A stretch of 64,000 nt of DNA, from positions 928,001-992,000 of the forward strand of contig CAWEQH010000010.1 of assembly GCA_963811165.1 (NCBI GenBank), written 5' to 3'. The position numbers were made by a program, and so were the translations under genes. The DNA comes from an uncultured Nitrospiraceae bacterium. GTDB lineage: Bacteria > Nitrospirota > Thermodesulfovibrionia > Thermodesulfovibrionales > UBA6898. The first letter of the stretch is position 1. The number at the start of each line of letters is the position of its first letter. This document shows, one piece after another, positions 50,751-60,369 of this stretch. The notes under the pieces were generated by a model. It ran no database searches and had not been told where the DNA came from. It was given only the letters and a program-made list of their open reading frames with translations.

Positions 50751-52004
50751 ATGGTCCACGGAGAACTTTGGACAGTAAAGGAACTTTTTGTCTATCCGAA
50801 TGAGTACATTTACTGGAGCATACAGATCGTCATGTACCCATTCATGACGGGACTCGTCGCCGGGGCCTTCGTGCTCTCGTCGCTTTACCACGTCTTTGGG
50901 ATAAAGCAGCTGAAGGAGATGGCCCGTTTCGCGCTCGTCTTCTCGTTTGCCCTCCTCTTTGCAGCGCCTATGCCGATCGTGCTGCATCTGCAGCATCCCT
51001 TCAGGGGGATAAACGTATTAATGACCCCGCACTTCACCTCGGCCATAGCCGCCTTCGGTATCGTCTTTTTCACCTATGGGGCGATCGTCGCATCCGAACT
51101 TTGGTTTCTTTACAGGAAACACTTTGTCGAGATCGCGCTGCCGCTTAAAGAGAAACAGGACAAGACCTTCTCAGAGTGGCTGAAATTTTTCCTCTTTTGC
51201 ACACTCACCCTCGGCGTTTACGATGTGAGCGAGGAGGCGCTAAAGAAGGACGAGAAGGCGATCAAGGTGCTCGCCGGAGTCGGCATCCCTGTGGCCTGTT
51301 TTCTCCACGGGTATGCGGGCTTCATCTTCGGCTCGGTCAAGGCAAACGCACTCTGGATGACCCCCCTTATGCCGGTCATCTTCATTATGTCGGCCATCGT
51401 CTCAGGCATAGCTCTTTGCATGCTCACCTACATCGTGACGATGGAGATAAGAAAGTTCCTTGCGTCGCGGAAGAAAACACCGTATCAGCTTTACCAGTCG
51501 AAGGAAGAAATAAAGGGGGTAGAGGTGAGCGTGATACGCATGACTGCGCGATATCTCCTGTTTTTCTTTGTCTTCGCCATAAGCCTCGAACTCCTCGATC
51601 TTATCTTCAGAGGGTATACCGCGGTGAAATCCTGGGACGTCCTTCGGAGCGTCATCTACGGAAGGGACTTCACGGACATATTCATTCTCCAGTACGGCAT
51701 CGGCAACCTCATCCCCATGATCCTTTTCCTGATCCCGGGCCTGACGATAAGGAGAGCGGTCCTCGGGGTGATACTGGTGCTCTTCGGGGTCTTCATGATG
51801 AGGTGGAACGTCGTGATCGGGGGACAGGCCTTCTCCCTCTCTTTTGCGGGCTACATGCATTACAAGATGCCGATTATCCCTCATGACTGGGAGACTTTCA
51901 AGGAGGGGCTCTTCGGCGCCCTGTCGATCTTGGTTATGCCTTTTGTATTGTTCTGGATAATTGCAAAGATATTCCCTGTTTTCGAGTTGAAAGAATCCCA
52001 TTAG
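50751..52004 (+). CDS. NrfD/PsrC-family membrane anchor (CbcU-like)
   Basis: WSIQIVMYPFMTGLVAG, HLQHPFR, multiple TMs, RWNVVIGGQ. Confidence 0.93.
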   Translation: MVHGELWTVKELFVYPNEYIYWSIQIVMYPFMTGLVAGAFVLSSLYHVFGIKQLKEMARFALVFSFALLFAAPMPIVLHLQHPFRGINVLMTPHFTSAIAAFGIVFFTYGAIVASELWFLYRKHFVEIALPLKEKQDKTFSEWLKFFLFCTLTLGVYDVSEEALKKDEKAIKVLAGVGIPVACFLHGYAGFIFGSVKANALWMTPLMPVIFIMSAIVSGIALCMLTYIVTMEIRKFLASRKKTPYQLYQSKEEIKGVEVSVIRMTARYLLFFFVFAISLELLDLIFRGYTAVKSWDVLRSVIYGRDFTDIFILQYGIGNLIPMILFLIPGLTIRRAVLGVILVLFGVFMMRWNVVIGGQAFSLSFAGYMHYKMPIIPHDWETFKEGLFGALSILVMPFVLFWIIAKIFPVFELKESH

Positions 52005-52009
52005 CCCTT

Positions 52010-52052
52010 AAGTGTGAAGGGCCGGCTGAATCCGCCGGCCCTTCACACTTTT
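52010..52052. terminator. Long-stem terminator between convergent genes
   Basis: aagtgtgaagggccggc-tgaatcc-gccggcccttcacactt (17-bp stem). Confidence 0.85.
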
Positions 52053-52384
52053 TACCGGATTTCCGAGGCCCCCTCTTCCCCCCTGGAAAGCACTTTGTAT
52101 CCTTTTTTTTCAAGTTGGCTTATGCCTTTCTCCAAGCTTCCATATTTTTTGATAAGTTCATCCGCATCGAAAAATTCGGGCAGCCGCTCATATTTGATAT
52201 CGGTAACAACTTCTCTCTTCCCTTTCCTTCCGATGAGGGGTTGTATTAAGCGAACGGAATACTTTTTCCCCAGCCGGTTGATTTCCCTTAGTTGCTCCCT
52301 GAGGCTTAATTCAGCTCTCAGGAACTCATCCAGTTCGGCGTCAAGCGCTTCTATAGGGTCCTGGTTGCGTACCTTAATTTTCAT
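52052..52384 (-). CDS. Hypothetical protein (110 aa)
   Basis: GAGGAG RBS before ATG 52384 (MKIKVRNQDPIE). Confidence 0.7.
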   Translation of the reverse strand: MKIKVRNQDPIEALDAELDEFLRAELSLREQLREINRLGKKYSVRLIQPLIGRKGKREVVTDIKYERLPEFFDADELIKKYGSLEKGISQLEKKGYKVLSRGEEGASEIR

Positions 52385-52820
52385 GGGCAAATGACTCCTC
52401 AATTGATAGTATTCCTGTCCCCTTACCTCAGCGGATATTTTTACCCCTTTCACGATCCCGTCTGAGTTCCGCATCCCACTCTTCGTTCTCCCCGAGGGAA
52501 GCGGATATTAATCGATTTACAAAAATTACAATTAAGAAACGAGACCTGACAGCTCCCGGATTTGTAGGAAAAAAATCTTTTATCAACACTTCTTAGTAAC
52601 CTGTTAGTAACGTATCGAGGGTCCCTGACGGGTCTTGCATTATCACGACAGGGACCATTTTGCACAATAAATAGGCACAACAAATAATGAATAAGATCAA
52701 ATTGTTATGGCCTCAAAAAGCCATTCTTACATCCCGGGTCCTCCAATAGCTTCGCCAACCGTTGAAGGAAAAGGTTTACAAATATAAATATTATAAATTG
52801 CTAATGCCTTGAGGGACCAC

Positions 52821-53783
52821 TTACTTTAATTTCGCCCCGCTTATCTCGACAATCTCTTTCTCTATCTCGCCGGGCATGCCCATATTTTTCATGAACGCCC
52901 ATTTGCCGGCATCTTCAAAATATACCTTCATCCTGTACATCTCATCGAGCGTCACGACTTTTACCATGCCGTTTTCCCTTAACACAATGACCTCCACAGG
53001 AAATGCCGGGGAGTGATCTATCCCCGGACATGGATTGTACTTCGATTCTCTCTTTTCTCCGGCGATCTTGAAGGCCCGCGCCTCTGTCTTTTGTTTGTCC
53101 AGCCCGTACAAGATCGCGTTGTTGCCTAGTTCAAGGGAATAGACAAGACGCCAACCCTTGCTGTTGCCGGTAATCCCGTCCTTGACCTTCGCCGCGATAT
53201 CGTGGAAATTTGAACCTTTGTCCTCCTTTTTGTATATCTCCGTAATCTTGCCGCTAAAAGCTCCACCGCCCATCCCTCCGACATACCCCTTGCTCCTTAT
53301 CTCTCCTGACTGCTGGTTGACTATGGCGCCTTTTATCGCCGATGCCAAAAGAGCAGACAATTCCTTCATCTCGGCGACCGAGAGGTCCTTCTCAACCGTA
53401 TCTCCCAATACCGTCCTATTCAGAGACGCCGGATTCAGAAACGATATGCTCGTCCCCTTTTCATCCGTAAAAATTCCGACCCTTAGGGGCAGTGCAAACG
53501 CTGAGTACGGACCATGGGACATGATTTTCCGCGTATAGTCAGGAGAATTGACGACGATTGTATGGGCCTTGAACCCGCATCCTTCAGGCACAGCTGCCGC
53601 ATAAGAAGCAAGCACATGCCACCCGTTTTTGGCGAGGACGCCTTCAGTATTTTTTATGGCCTCGTCGAAGGTACCGCCCACTTTTTCCGCGACCTTCACA
53701 TACACGCCATATTCTTCGGCATGGACTCCAAAAGACATGGCCAGAGAAAAAAAGAGTATTAAGAAACCACACAGCCTTTTCAT
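52821..53783 (-). CDS. Periplasmic protein, possibly tandem DUF302-like domains
   Basis: Signal peptide ..GVHA; two similar halves (GWHVLASY...FALPLRVGI and GWRLVYSL...PAFPVEVIV). Confidence 0.6.
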   Translation of the reverse strand: MKRLCGFLILFFSLAMSFGVHAEEYGVYVKVAEKVGGTFDEAIKNTEGVLAKNGWHVLASYAAAVPEGCGFKAHTIVVNSPDYTRKIMSHGPYSAFALPLRVGIFTDEKGTSISFLNPASLNRTVLGDTVEKDLSVAEMKELSALLASAIKGAIVNQQSGEIRSKGYVGGMGGGAFSGKITEIYKKEDKGSNFHDIAAKVKDGITGNSKGWRLVYSLELGNNAILYGLDKQKTEARAFKIAGEKRESKYNPCPGIDHSPAFPVEVIVLRENGMVKVVTLDEMYRMKVYFEDAGKWAFMKNMGMPGEIEKEIVEISGAKLK

Positions 53784-53943
53784 CGTCTCCCCCTTTGTTG
53801 CTTTGTTTAGTTATTTAGACTTTTATTAACTGTAAAATATTTTCCCACTGCAGTCAACATAAAAACTGAGAGGCGGGCATTTATGCTTCTTGAGAAAATA
53901 GAAACTTTCCTGCATAGTAGTATGATAATTTTCGTTACTTGCT

Positions 53944-55341
53944 GTGGGAGATATAACCGGGATGAATGAAGAGGTCGTAGAGAAGCGGCAGATGCTCCGG
54001 CTCGGTCTGCGGCTGTTCAATACGCTGACCACTTTGAATGTATGGCATTTCCTCTGGATTTCAATCGTCTTATCGGAATTACTGACCTCGCTCATGGGGC
54101 TGCTGCTCAAAGGCTCGGTCACCTATGATTATCTCGTTACGGGCGGTGTGGTTTCATTGATCGTTGCCGGCATCGTCATTTTTTTCCTCAAGGTCACGAT
54201 GCAGGTCAGAGTGGACAATAAAATTCTCCTCGCAGAGATCGAAACGCAACGCGAGACAACGGAAGGCCTTACGAAGGCGTTGGATTTCCAGTCCCTCCTC
54301 ATGGAAACAATTCCCGACCTGCTGTACGTGCTAAATCCTGCAGGCAATCTTATCAAATGGAACAGGCTTGCAGAGGAAACCACAGGGTATAGTCACGACG
54401 ATTTGGAGGGGAAACAGGCGTTGACTTTTATTGCGGAAGAAGACAGGGATGAGGCGGCGGCAGGACTTGAAGAGGCCTACTCAAAAGGAAGGGCCTCGCG
54501 TGAGGTCCGACTGCTTACCAAGGACGGCAGAAAGGTCGTCCATCTCTTCAGCGGCGGGTCGATACGGGATGCCACGGGAAGGTTCATGGGTTTCATCGGC
54601 ATCGCCAGGGATATCTCGAAACTGAAGAAAATGGAAGAGGAGATGCACAGGGTCCAGAAACTCGAATCATTGGGCATCCTTGCAAGCGGTATCGCCCATG
54701 ACTTCAATTTTCTCCTGTCCGCAGTTTTAGAAAACATCCACATCGCCGTACTTAATGTGGACCGGCGGGACGTAATGCGGGAAGCTCTTCAGAAGGCCCA
54801 GAAGGCGTCGGTCCGGGCAAAGGACCTGACCAGACAATTAATCACCTTTTCCCGCGGGGGGTTTCCGGTAAAGAGATTGACGGCGATCGGAGAAATCATC
54901 AGGGAATACTCCGACCTGGCGATACGAGATTCTAATATCGGATGCACCTACCACATCGCGCCTGACCTTTGTCAGGTCGATGCAGATGGGGAACAGATCG
55001 GGCGGGTGATCAATACAATCGTCCTTAATTCCATCGAGGCGATGCCGGGTTGGGGAATGCTTATGATATCTGCTGAAAATACACAGGTCTTATCGGATGA
55101 GCTGCCGCCATTACCCGAAGGCAGGTATGTCAAAGTCTCTGTTGCGGACCATGGTCCGGGCATCCCGCAGGAGCTCCTTCCGAAGATATTTGATCCGTAT
55201 TTCACCACGAAACAAAACGGGAGGGGCCTTGGGCTTACGATTGCATACGCGATTATCAGGAACCATAGCGGCCATATCCGGGTGGAATCGGAACCGAAAA
55301 AGGGGACCGTCTTTCATATCTATCTTCCCGCAGGCAGTTGA
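53944..55341 (+). CDS. PAS sensor histidine kinase
   Basis: N-terminal TMs, PAS (WNRLAEETTGYS), GIAHDFN, GRGLGL. Confidence 0.92.
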   Translation: MGDITGMNEEVVEKRQMLRLGLRLFNTLTTLNVWHFLWISIVLSELLTSLMGLLLKGSVTYDYLVTGGVVSLIVAGIVIFFLKVTMQVRVDNKILLAEIETQRETTEGLTKALDFQSLLMETIPDLLYVLNPAGNLIKWNRLAEETTGYSHDDLEGKQALTFIAEEDRDEAAAGLEEAYSKGRASREVRLLTKDGRKVVHLFSGGSIRDATGRFMGFIGIARDISKLKKMEEEMHRVQKLESLGILASGIAHDFNFLLSAVLENIHIAVLNVDRRDVMREALQKAQKASVRAKDLTRQLITFSRGGFPVKRLTAIGEIIREYSDLAIRDSNIGCTYHIAPDLCQVDADGEQIGRVINTIVLNSIEAMPGWGMLMISAENTQVLSDELPPLPEGRYVKVSVADHGPGIPQELLPKIFDPYFTTKQNGRGLGLTIAYAIIRNHSGHIRVESEPKKGTVFHIYLPAGS

Positions 55342-55369
55342 CCAAATCAGATTAAAGGAGGACCGGAAT

Positions 55370-56002
55370 TTGATCGGGAGGCTTCGTAAACACCAGTTGA
55401 TGGTCGCGGTCCGGACGGAAACGCCCGAACAGGCCTACAAGGCGGCAGCGGCGTGCATTGAAGGAGGGATCAGGTTCATCGAGATCACCTTCTCGGTCCC
55501 CGATGCGGAGGAAGTAATACGGAAATTGAGCGCTGACCCCAGGGTTGAGGTGGGCGCCGGGACCGTCTTAAATACCGCAGACGCAAAGAAGGCCCTTCGG
55601 GCAGGCGCCATGTACATAGTGAGCCCGAATTTCGATGAAGAAGTGGTCGCCCTCACGAAGAAAGAGGGCGCGGTCTCGGTCCCGGGGGCATGTACACCTA
55701 CAGAGATCTATCGGGCTTACAAGGCCGGCGGCGACGTAATAAAACTCTTTCCATTTGTGGAGATCGGGGGCCTTGATTTCCTGAAGGCGATCAGGGGCCC
55801 GTTTCCCTATATACACTACATGCTCTGCGGGGGAGCGAAACTGGAAAACATTTCGGGATACCTCTTAGCGCGTGCAACCGGCATCCTTGTAGGCTCTGCG
55901 ATAATCAGGCGCGATCTCGTCGAGGCATCTGACTGGCCTTCAATTACCGGGATTGCGGGGAAGTTCGTTGCGAAGGCCGTAGAGTTTTCCAGGGGGAAAT
56001 GA
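55370..56002 (+). CDS. eda: KDPG/KHG aldolase
   Basis: TTG start with AAGGAGG RBS; GGIRFIEIT, VGAGTVL, IVSP, TPTEI, KLFP Schiff-base Lys. Confidence 0.9.
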   Translation: MIGRLRKHQLMVAVRTETPEQAYKAAAACIEGGIRFIEITFSVPDAEEVIRKLSADPRVEVGAGTVLNTADAKKALRAGAMYIVSPNFDEEVVALTKKEGAVSVPGACTPTEIYRAYKAGGDVIKLFPFVEIGGLDFLKAIRGPFPYIHYMLCGGAKLENISGYLLARATGILVGSAIIRRDLVEASDWPSITGIAGKFVAKAVEFSRGK

Positions 56003-56147
56003 AGGTAATGGTGCAGTTATACCATTGCCACAATGAACGTACGCTTCACGGGCAGTCCATGAATTGTGTATAATTGCATGGCAGTGTTTTTCCCTGCATC
56101 TTAAGGATTAACAGGGATATGAATATCCCTATGAGGAGGTAACATAT

Positions 56148-57098
56148 ATGTTTCGCCCGCAGATTAAGGTTCTGGATTGCACCGTCCGCGACGGCGGTCT
56201 GATAAATAATTGGCAGTTCAGCGATGATTTCGTAAGGAAGGTATTTCTCGCCCTTTCGCACGCCGGAGTGGACTATATGGAGATAGGATACAAGTCTTCC
56301 GAGAAGTATTTTTCCCGTAATGACAACGGCGACTGGAAATTTTGCACCGAAGAAGACCTCAAAAGAATTATCGGCGGGACCGAAAGCCGCATGAAACTAT
56401 CAGCCATGGCCGACATAGGCCGTATCGACCAGGAAGATATTCCCCTAAAGAAAGATAGTCTCCTCGATATGATCAGGGTGGCCTGCTATGTGAAAGAGGT
56501 GGACAAAGGTATTCGCCTGGCCCACGAGTGCATCGACAAAGGCTATGAGGCTACCATCAATCTTATGGCTGTTTCAAAGGTGCTCGAAAGAGACCTCGAC
56601 GAGGCCCTCGACGACCTCTCTAAGAGCCGGGTGGAAACTGTCTATATCGTAGACAGTTTCGGTGCTATGTATTCCGAGCAGATCCATTTCCTCGCCAAGA
56701 AGTACCGCGAGGCGCTGACCGGAAAGGAACTGGGCATCCATGCACACAACAACCAGCAACTGGCCTTCGCCAACACAATAGAGGCGATAATCGCCGGGGC
56801 CAACCGTATCGATGCCACCCTATACGGCATGGGCAGGGGTGCGGGGAATTGCCCTCTGGAGCTTCTCCTTTCGTTCCTGAAAAACCCGAAGTTCGACATA
56901 AGGCCCATCTTTGAGGTCATACAGGAATTGTTCATCCCTCTAAAGACCGAGGTCGAATGGGGCTATCACATACCTTATATGATCACGGGCGTACTGAACG
57001 AGCATCCCAGAAGCGGGATGAAGGCTATGGCAGAAAAAGCCCTGCCCGACATGAGGAAATTTTACGAAGACCTCCTCGACGATACACCCCTCGAATGA
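56148..57098 (+). CDS. DRE-TIM metallolyase (HMGL-like; 4-hydroxy-2-oxovalerate-aldolase-like)
   Basis: LDCTVRDGG, VDSFG, GIHAHNN, GMGRGAGN. Confidence 0.85.
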   Translation: MFRPQIKVLDCTVRDGGLINNWQFSDDFVRKVFLALSHAGVDYMEIGYKSSEKYFSRNDNGDWKFCTEEDLKRIIGGTESRMKLSAMADIGRIDQEDIPLKKDSLLDMIRVACYVKEVDKGIRLAHECIDKGYEATINLMAVSKVLERDLDEALDDLSKSRVETVYIVDSFGAMYSEQIHFLAKKYREALTGKELGIHAHNNQQLAFANTIEAIIAGANRIDATLYGMGRGAGNCPLELLLSFLKNPKFDIRPIFEVIQELFIPLKTEVEWGYHIPYMITGVLNEHPRSGMKAMAEKALPDMRKFYEDLLDDTPLE

Positions 57099-57108
57099 AA
57101 TATCGTCC

Positions 57109-57648
57109 TCACAGCTCGACCATGAAGCCCTCTCTCCGGTGAAAATCCGGCTTTGGACCGGGATGCGTAAGTGCCCAGTAGTTGATCTTGCCGCTCCTCT
57201 CTTTGATGACGGCGCTGAGCGCAATCTGTAAAGCCTGTCCGGCCGGGACTATCTTTTTCAGGTCGAGTTCCAGAGAAAGCTGCAGACCGTCCGGAGGGGT
57301 GTATATGCTAAACGGCAGAGAAGTAAAGGCCTGATCTTCCTGCATCCCCTGCCGGTATGAGGTAAAGAGATAGACATTCCAGTTACCGGCGGGGGAGAGG
57401 TTGAATTCCCAGTATTTATCAGAATTTCTCGTGCCGATGAAGAATTCGAAACATGTCTCCTCCCAAAGACCATATTTCCTGGACGGCACATCTGCAAGTG
57501 CCGGAATGACAATTTCCGCAAGGGGGCCCAAAAGCAAATAGCTGAAGGAAAGTGTATCGGTTCGCCTTCCGACGCTGCATGTTAAATTCAGATGTGGCTG
57601 GGGTCTGTCTGAAGGGAACGGCTTGAGGGAAAAGCTCCGGCCCTTCAT
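57109..57648 (-). CDS. DOMON-like domain protein
   Basis: LWEETCFEFF, YWEFNLSPAGNWNVY, YWALTHPGPKPDFH. Confidence 0.82.
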   Translation of the reverse strand: MKGRSFSLKPFPSDRPQPHLNLTCSVGRRTDTLSFSYLLLGPLAEIVIPALADVPSRKYGLWEETCFEFFIGTRNSDKYWEFNLSPAGNWNVYLFTSYRQGMQEDQAFTSLPFSIYTPPDGLQLSLELDLKKIVPAGQALQIALSAVIKERSGKINYWALTHPGPKPDFHRREGFMVEL

Positions 57649-58814
57649 CCGATGTCCCGGATGATGTTTCGTATGACGTTCTCCTGTGATTCTATCCCCT
57701 CGGTGAGTTTGAACTGGACAAGGGCCCTGGCAAGATTTTGTTCCGGCCGACTGACCTTAAAGTATAGGTCGCCTTCGAGGTGATCCGTAAAGAACCTGAG
57801 GCCGAGCTCAAAGGCCATCAGGCGGATCGAATCGTAGAGATATCCAATATCCTGCCCGCTAAGGAACCCTCTTGCCATAGGGAGGTAGCCCTGCAGGATA
57901 GCGCGGCAGAGGTCAGGGTCAAAACGGACAGCCTCCCATTCTTCGGTTTCTTCTCCGAGGCGATTACAGCCGGAGCGGAGGCAATCACCGATATCATAAT
58001 GGACCAGCCCGGGCTTTACCGTGTCAAGGTCGACGATGCCGACGGCCTGTCCTGTCGCCGTGTCCATCATGATGTTGTTCACCTTCGGATCTCCGTGGAT
58101 CGTCCTCAGATGCAACCTGCCCTGCTCCCTGGCGTCCTCAAGGACGTGTGCCCAGCCCTTTCGCTTCTCGATAAACTGAACACAATACTTTACTTCAGAG
58201 GATCCGGCCGCGCTATGTGTAGCCAGGGCCTCGTCATAGAGCCGCAGGTAGCGGGGCGTAATATGGAACCCTTCCAGCGTATCTGCCAGCCTTTCCGGAG
58301 ACAGATCGCTGAGGAGGGTGTGGAACATGCCGAGCGCATAGCCGACTTCTACCGCGTGATCAGTGTCCTTGATAGTGTCAAAAGCCTGGGAGCCTTCAAT
58401 AAAACTGATCACGCGCCAGAACGACCCATCGGAATCAATCCAGTAGTCCCGGCCGTCCTCTGTCGTTTGCACGGCCGGAACTTCCCACCTCCGGCCCGCA
58501 GGCAGGGGCTTATGACTGAGACGCCGGCGAATATGCTCGGTGGAAACGCGCATATTCTGCATAAGAAGTTCCGGCCTGCGAAACACATGGGTGTTGATGC
58601 GTTGCAGGATAAAATGTTTTTCCCCTTCGGAATCCACTGTAACAAGGAACGTAGTATTGATATTGCCGTTGCCGTATTCCGAAACATCGGTGACCCGGCC
58701 TCCCAGTTTGAACTGTTCCGCAACCGAGAAGAGACCGCCCAAGACTTTACCTCCGGGAAGTGCGCATACACATGGGTCAGGATTGCCTGGTTCCCGCTTT
58801 ATGCGCCTCGACAT
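57645..58814 (-). CDS. Aminoglycoside-phosphotransferase-fold kinase (N-acetylhexosamine 1-kinase-like)
   Basis: GNGNINTT, LQRINTHVF, HGDPKVNN, DLDTV, RFFTDHLEGD. Confidence 0.85.
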   Translation of the reverse strand: MSRRIKREPGNPDPCVCALPGGKVLGGLFSVAEQFKLGGRVTDVSEYGNGNINTTFLVTVDSEGEKHFILQRINTHVFRRPELLMQNMRVSTEHIRRRLSHKPLPAGRRWEVPAVQTTEDGRDYWIDSDGSFWRVISFIEGSQAFDTIKDTDHAVEVGYALGMFHTLLSDLSPERLADTLEGFHITPRYLRLYDEALATHSAAGSSEVKYCVQFIEKRKGWAHVLEDAREQGRLHLRTIHGDPKVNNIMMDTATGQAVGIVDLDTVKPGLVHYDIGDCLRSGCNRLGEETEEWEAVRFDPDLCRAILQGYLPMARGFLSGQDIGYLYDSIRLMAFELGLRFFTDHLEGDLYFKVSRPEQNLARALVQFKLTEGIESQENVIRNIIRDIG

Positions 58815-59727
58815 AATGGGCTGCCGCCAGGGCCGCTATGCATCCGTCTGCGGCGGCAACCACGATCTGGTTTGCAAACTTTTGCCTGACGTCGCCGATC
58901 GCAAAGATGCCCGGAACGCTCGTAGCACACTTCTCATCGGTAATTACGAAGCCCTGTTCATTCATGCGGACCCCCGATGGGATCAACTGATTATTGGGCG
59001 AATACCCGATAAAGATAAAGACTCCGTCGGTCGCCAATTCTCCTTTTTCTCCGCTTACGGTATTTTCTAAAGAGACGGATTCAACCGCGCTTCCGCTTCC
59101 CCTGATTTCCGTAATCATCGTATTCCAAAATATTTCTATCATGGGCTCACTCATCAGGCGGCTTTGGAGTATCTTGCTCGCCCGGAGCGTATTTTTTCTG
59201 TGAACGAGATATACCTTCCTCACCAGCCTGGAGAGATAGAGCGCCTCTTCTACGGCCGTGTCTCCCCCGCCGACGACAACGACCGTCTTGTCCCTGAAGA
59301 AGAAACCATCGCAGGTAGCACAATAGGAAACGCCGAGTCCGAGGTATTCGCCTTCTCCGGGGACGCCGAGCTTCCGCACAGACCCGCCCGCAGCGAGGAT
59401 CAGGGCAACCGCTCTGAGCACCTGACCGCCGGCAAGCCTGACCGAGTGAAGATCGGACCCCGCACTGACCTCTGCGACCTCCTGCTGGACCACATTGAGG
59501 CCGAATGAACGGGCGTGACTGACCATTCTTTCGGCCAGATCAAATCCCGTTATGCCCTCTACCCCGGGGTAGTTCTCCACGTCTTTTGATATGGCAATCT
59601 GACCTCCGAGCAAACCTCTCTCAAAGAGGACCGTTTTTAGTGCGGCCCTCTGACAGTAAAGCCCGGCGGCGAGCCCTGCAGGCCCTCCCCCCACAATGAT
59701 CACTTCATATGTCTCATTACTTGCCAT
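58777..59727 (-). CDS. trxB: Thioredoxin-disulfide reductase
   Basis: Start MASNETY at 59727; GGGPAG, CATCDG, GGGDTA, FAIGD. Confidence 0.95.
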   Translation of the reverse strand: MASNETYEVIIVGGGPAGLAAGLYCQRAALKTVLFERGLLGGQIAISKDVENYPGVEGITGFDLAERMVSHARSFGLNVVQQEVAEVSAGSDLHSVRLAGGQVLRAVALILAAGGSVRKLGVPGEGEYLGLGVSYCATCDGFFFRDKTVVVVGGGDTAVEEALYLSRLVRKVYLVHRKNTLRASKILQSRLMSEPMIEIFWNTMITEIRGSGSAVESVSLENTVSGEKGELATDGVFIFIGYSPNNQLIPSGVRMNEQGFVITDEKCATSVPGIFAIGDVRQKFANQIVVAAADGCIAALAAAHYVEAHKAGTRQS

Positions 59728-59953
59728 ACCACTTCCTCCAGGATGATTGCGGATGTATAAATTTTTCCAATTATATATTAGCATAAGGCAGCGACTGTCA
59801 TAAGGGCGCACCCGGCAAGGACGCGGACAAAAAAGAGGATGTCTCTGATAAAGACATTAGTTGGTAAAAAGTATACAATAGTAGCAGCCTTGATTTTGTC
59901 CGGAAGGAGATTTTTCATGGCCGGAAATAACCCGGAGAGTTTGGAGAGCAGCG

Positions 59954-60271
59954 GTGAATAAAAACTATCGCAGGTACCAGAGGTATTCAATCTGCGCCCA
60001 AGCGGTGCTCATAAGGCAGGGGGGCGTATCCCCGGAGAGATTGACCGTGCAGGTAAACACCATCTCCCAGGGAGGGATGGGGTTTTACACCAGCGTGCTT
60101 CTCGATAAAGCCACTCCTGTCTCCGTTGAGCTTGTGGTTGATTCATCCGGGAGACCGGACGTCTTTGAGGGGAGGATCGCCTCGGTCTCCTCACAGGGAA
60201 ACGATTATTTTACCGGCATCGCCTTCACTAACGATATCTCTTATGACCACTTTGTCGGGCTCATCGGCTGA
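59954..60271 (+). CDS. PilZ domain protein
   Basis: RRYQR (RxxxR) and TISQGG (xxSxxG) motifs; 105 aa. Confidence 0.8.
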   Translation: MNKNYRRYQRYSICAQAVLIRQGGVSPERLTVQVNTISQGGMGFYTSVLLDKATPVSVELVVDSSGRPDVFEGRIASVSSQGNDYFTGIAFTNDISYDHFVGLIG

Positions 60272-60369
60272 GTCATTCTGTTGAGCCTCTCACCGCTTCG
60301 CGTCCTCTGATTGTTACGCCTTTGTGACCGGCTTTTTACCTGATATACTTATACTCATATGAAGCATAA

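Noticed and set aside
55097..55369. N-terminal extension of eda in the ORF track
   Set aside because: It overlaps the kinase gene; the TTG at 55370 has a strong RBS and gives a normal-length Eda.
57780..58889. Long antisense ORFs (this one, also 34920-35771, 11728-12651 and 44077-44847)
   Set aside because: They fully overlap well-supported genes on the opposite strand, as expected from codon bias.
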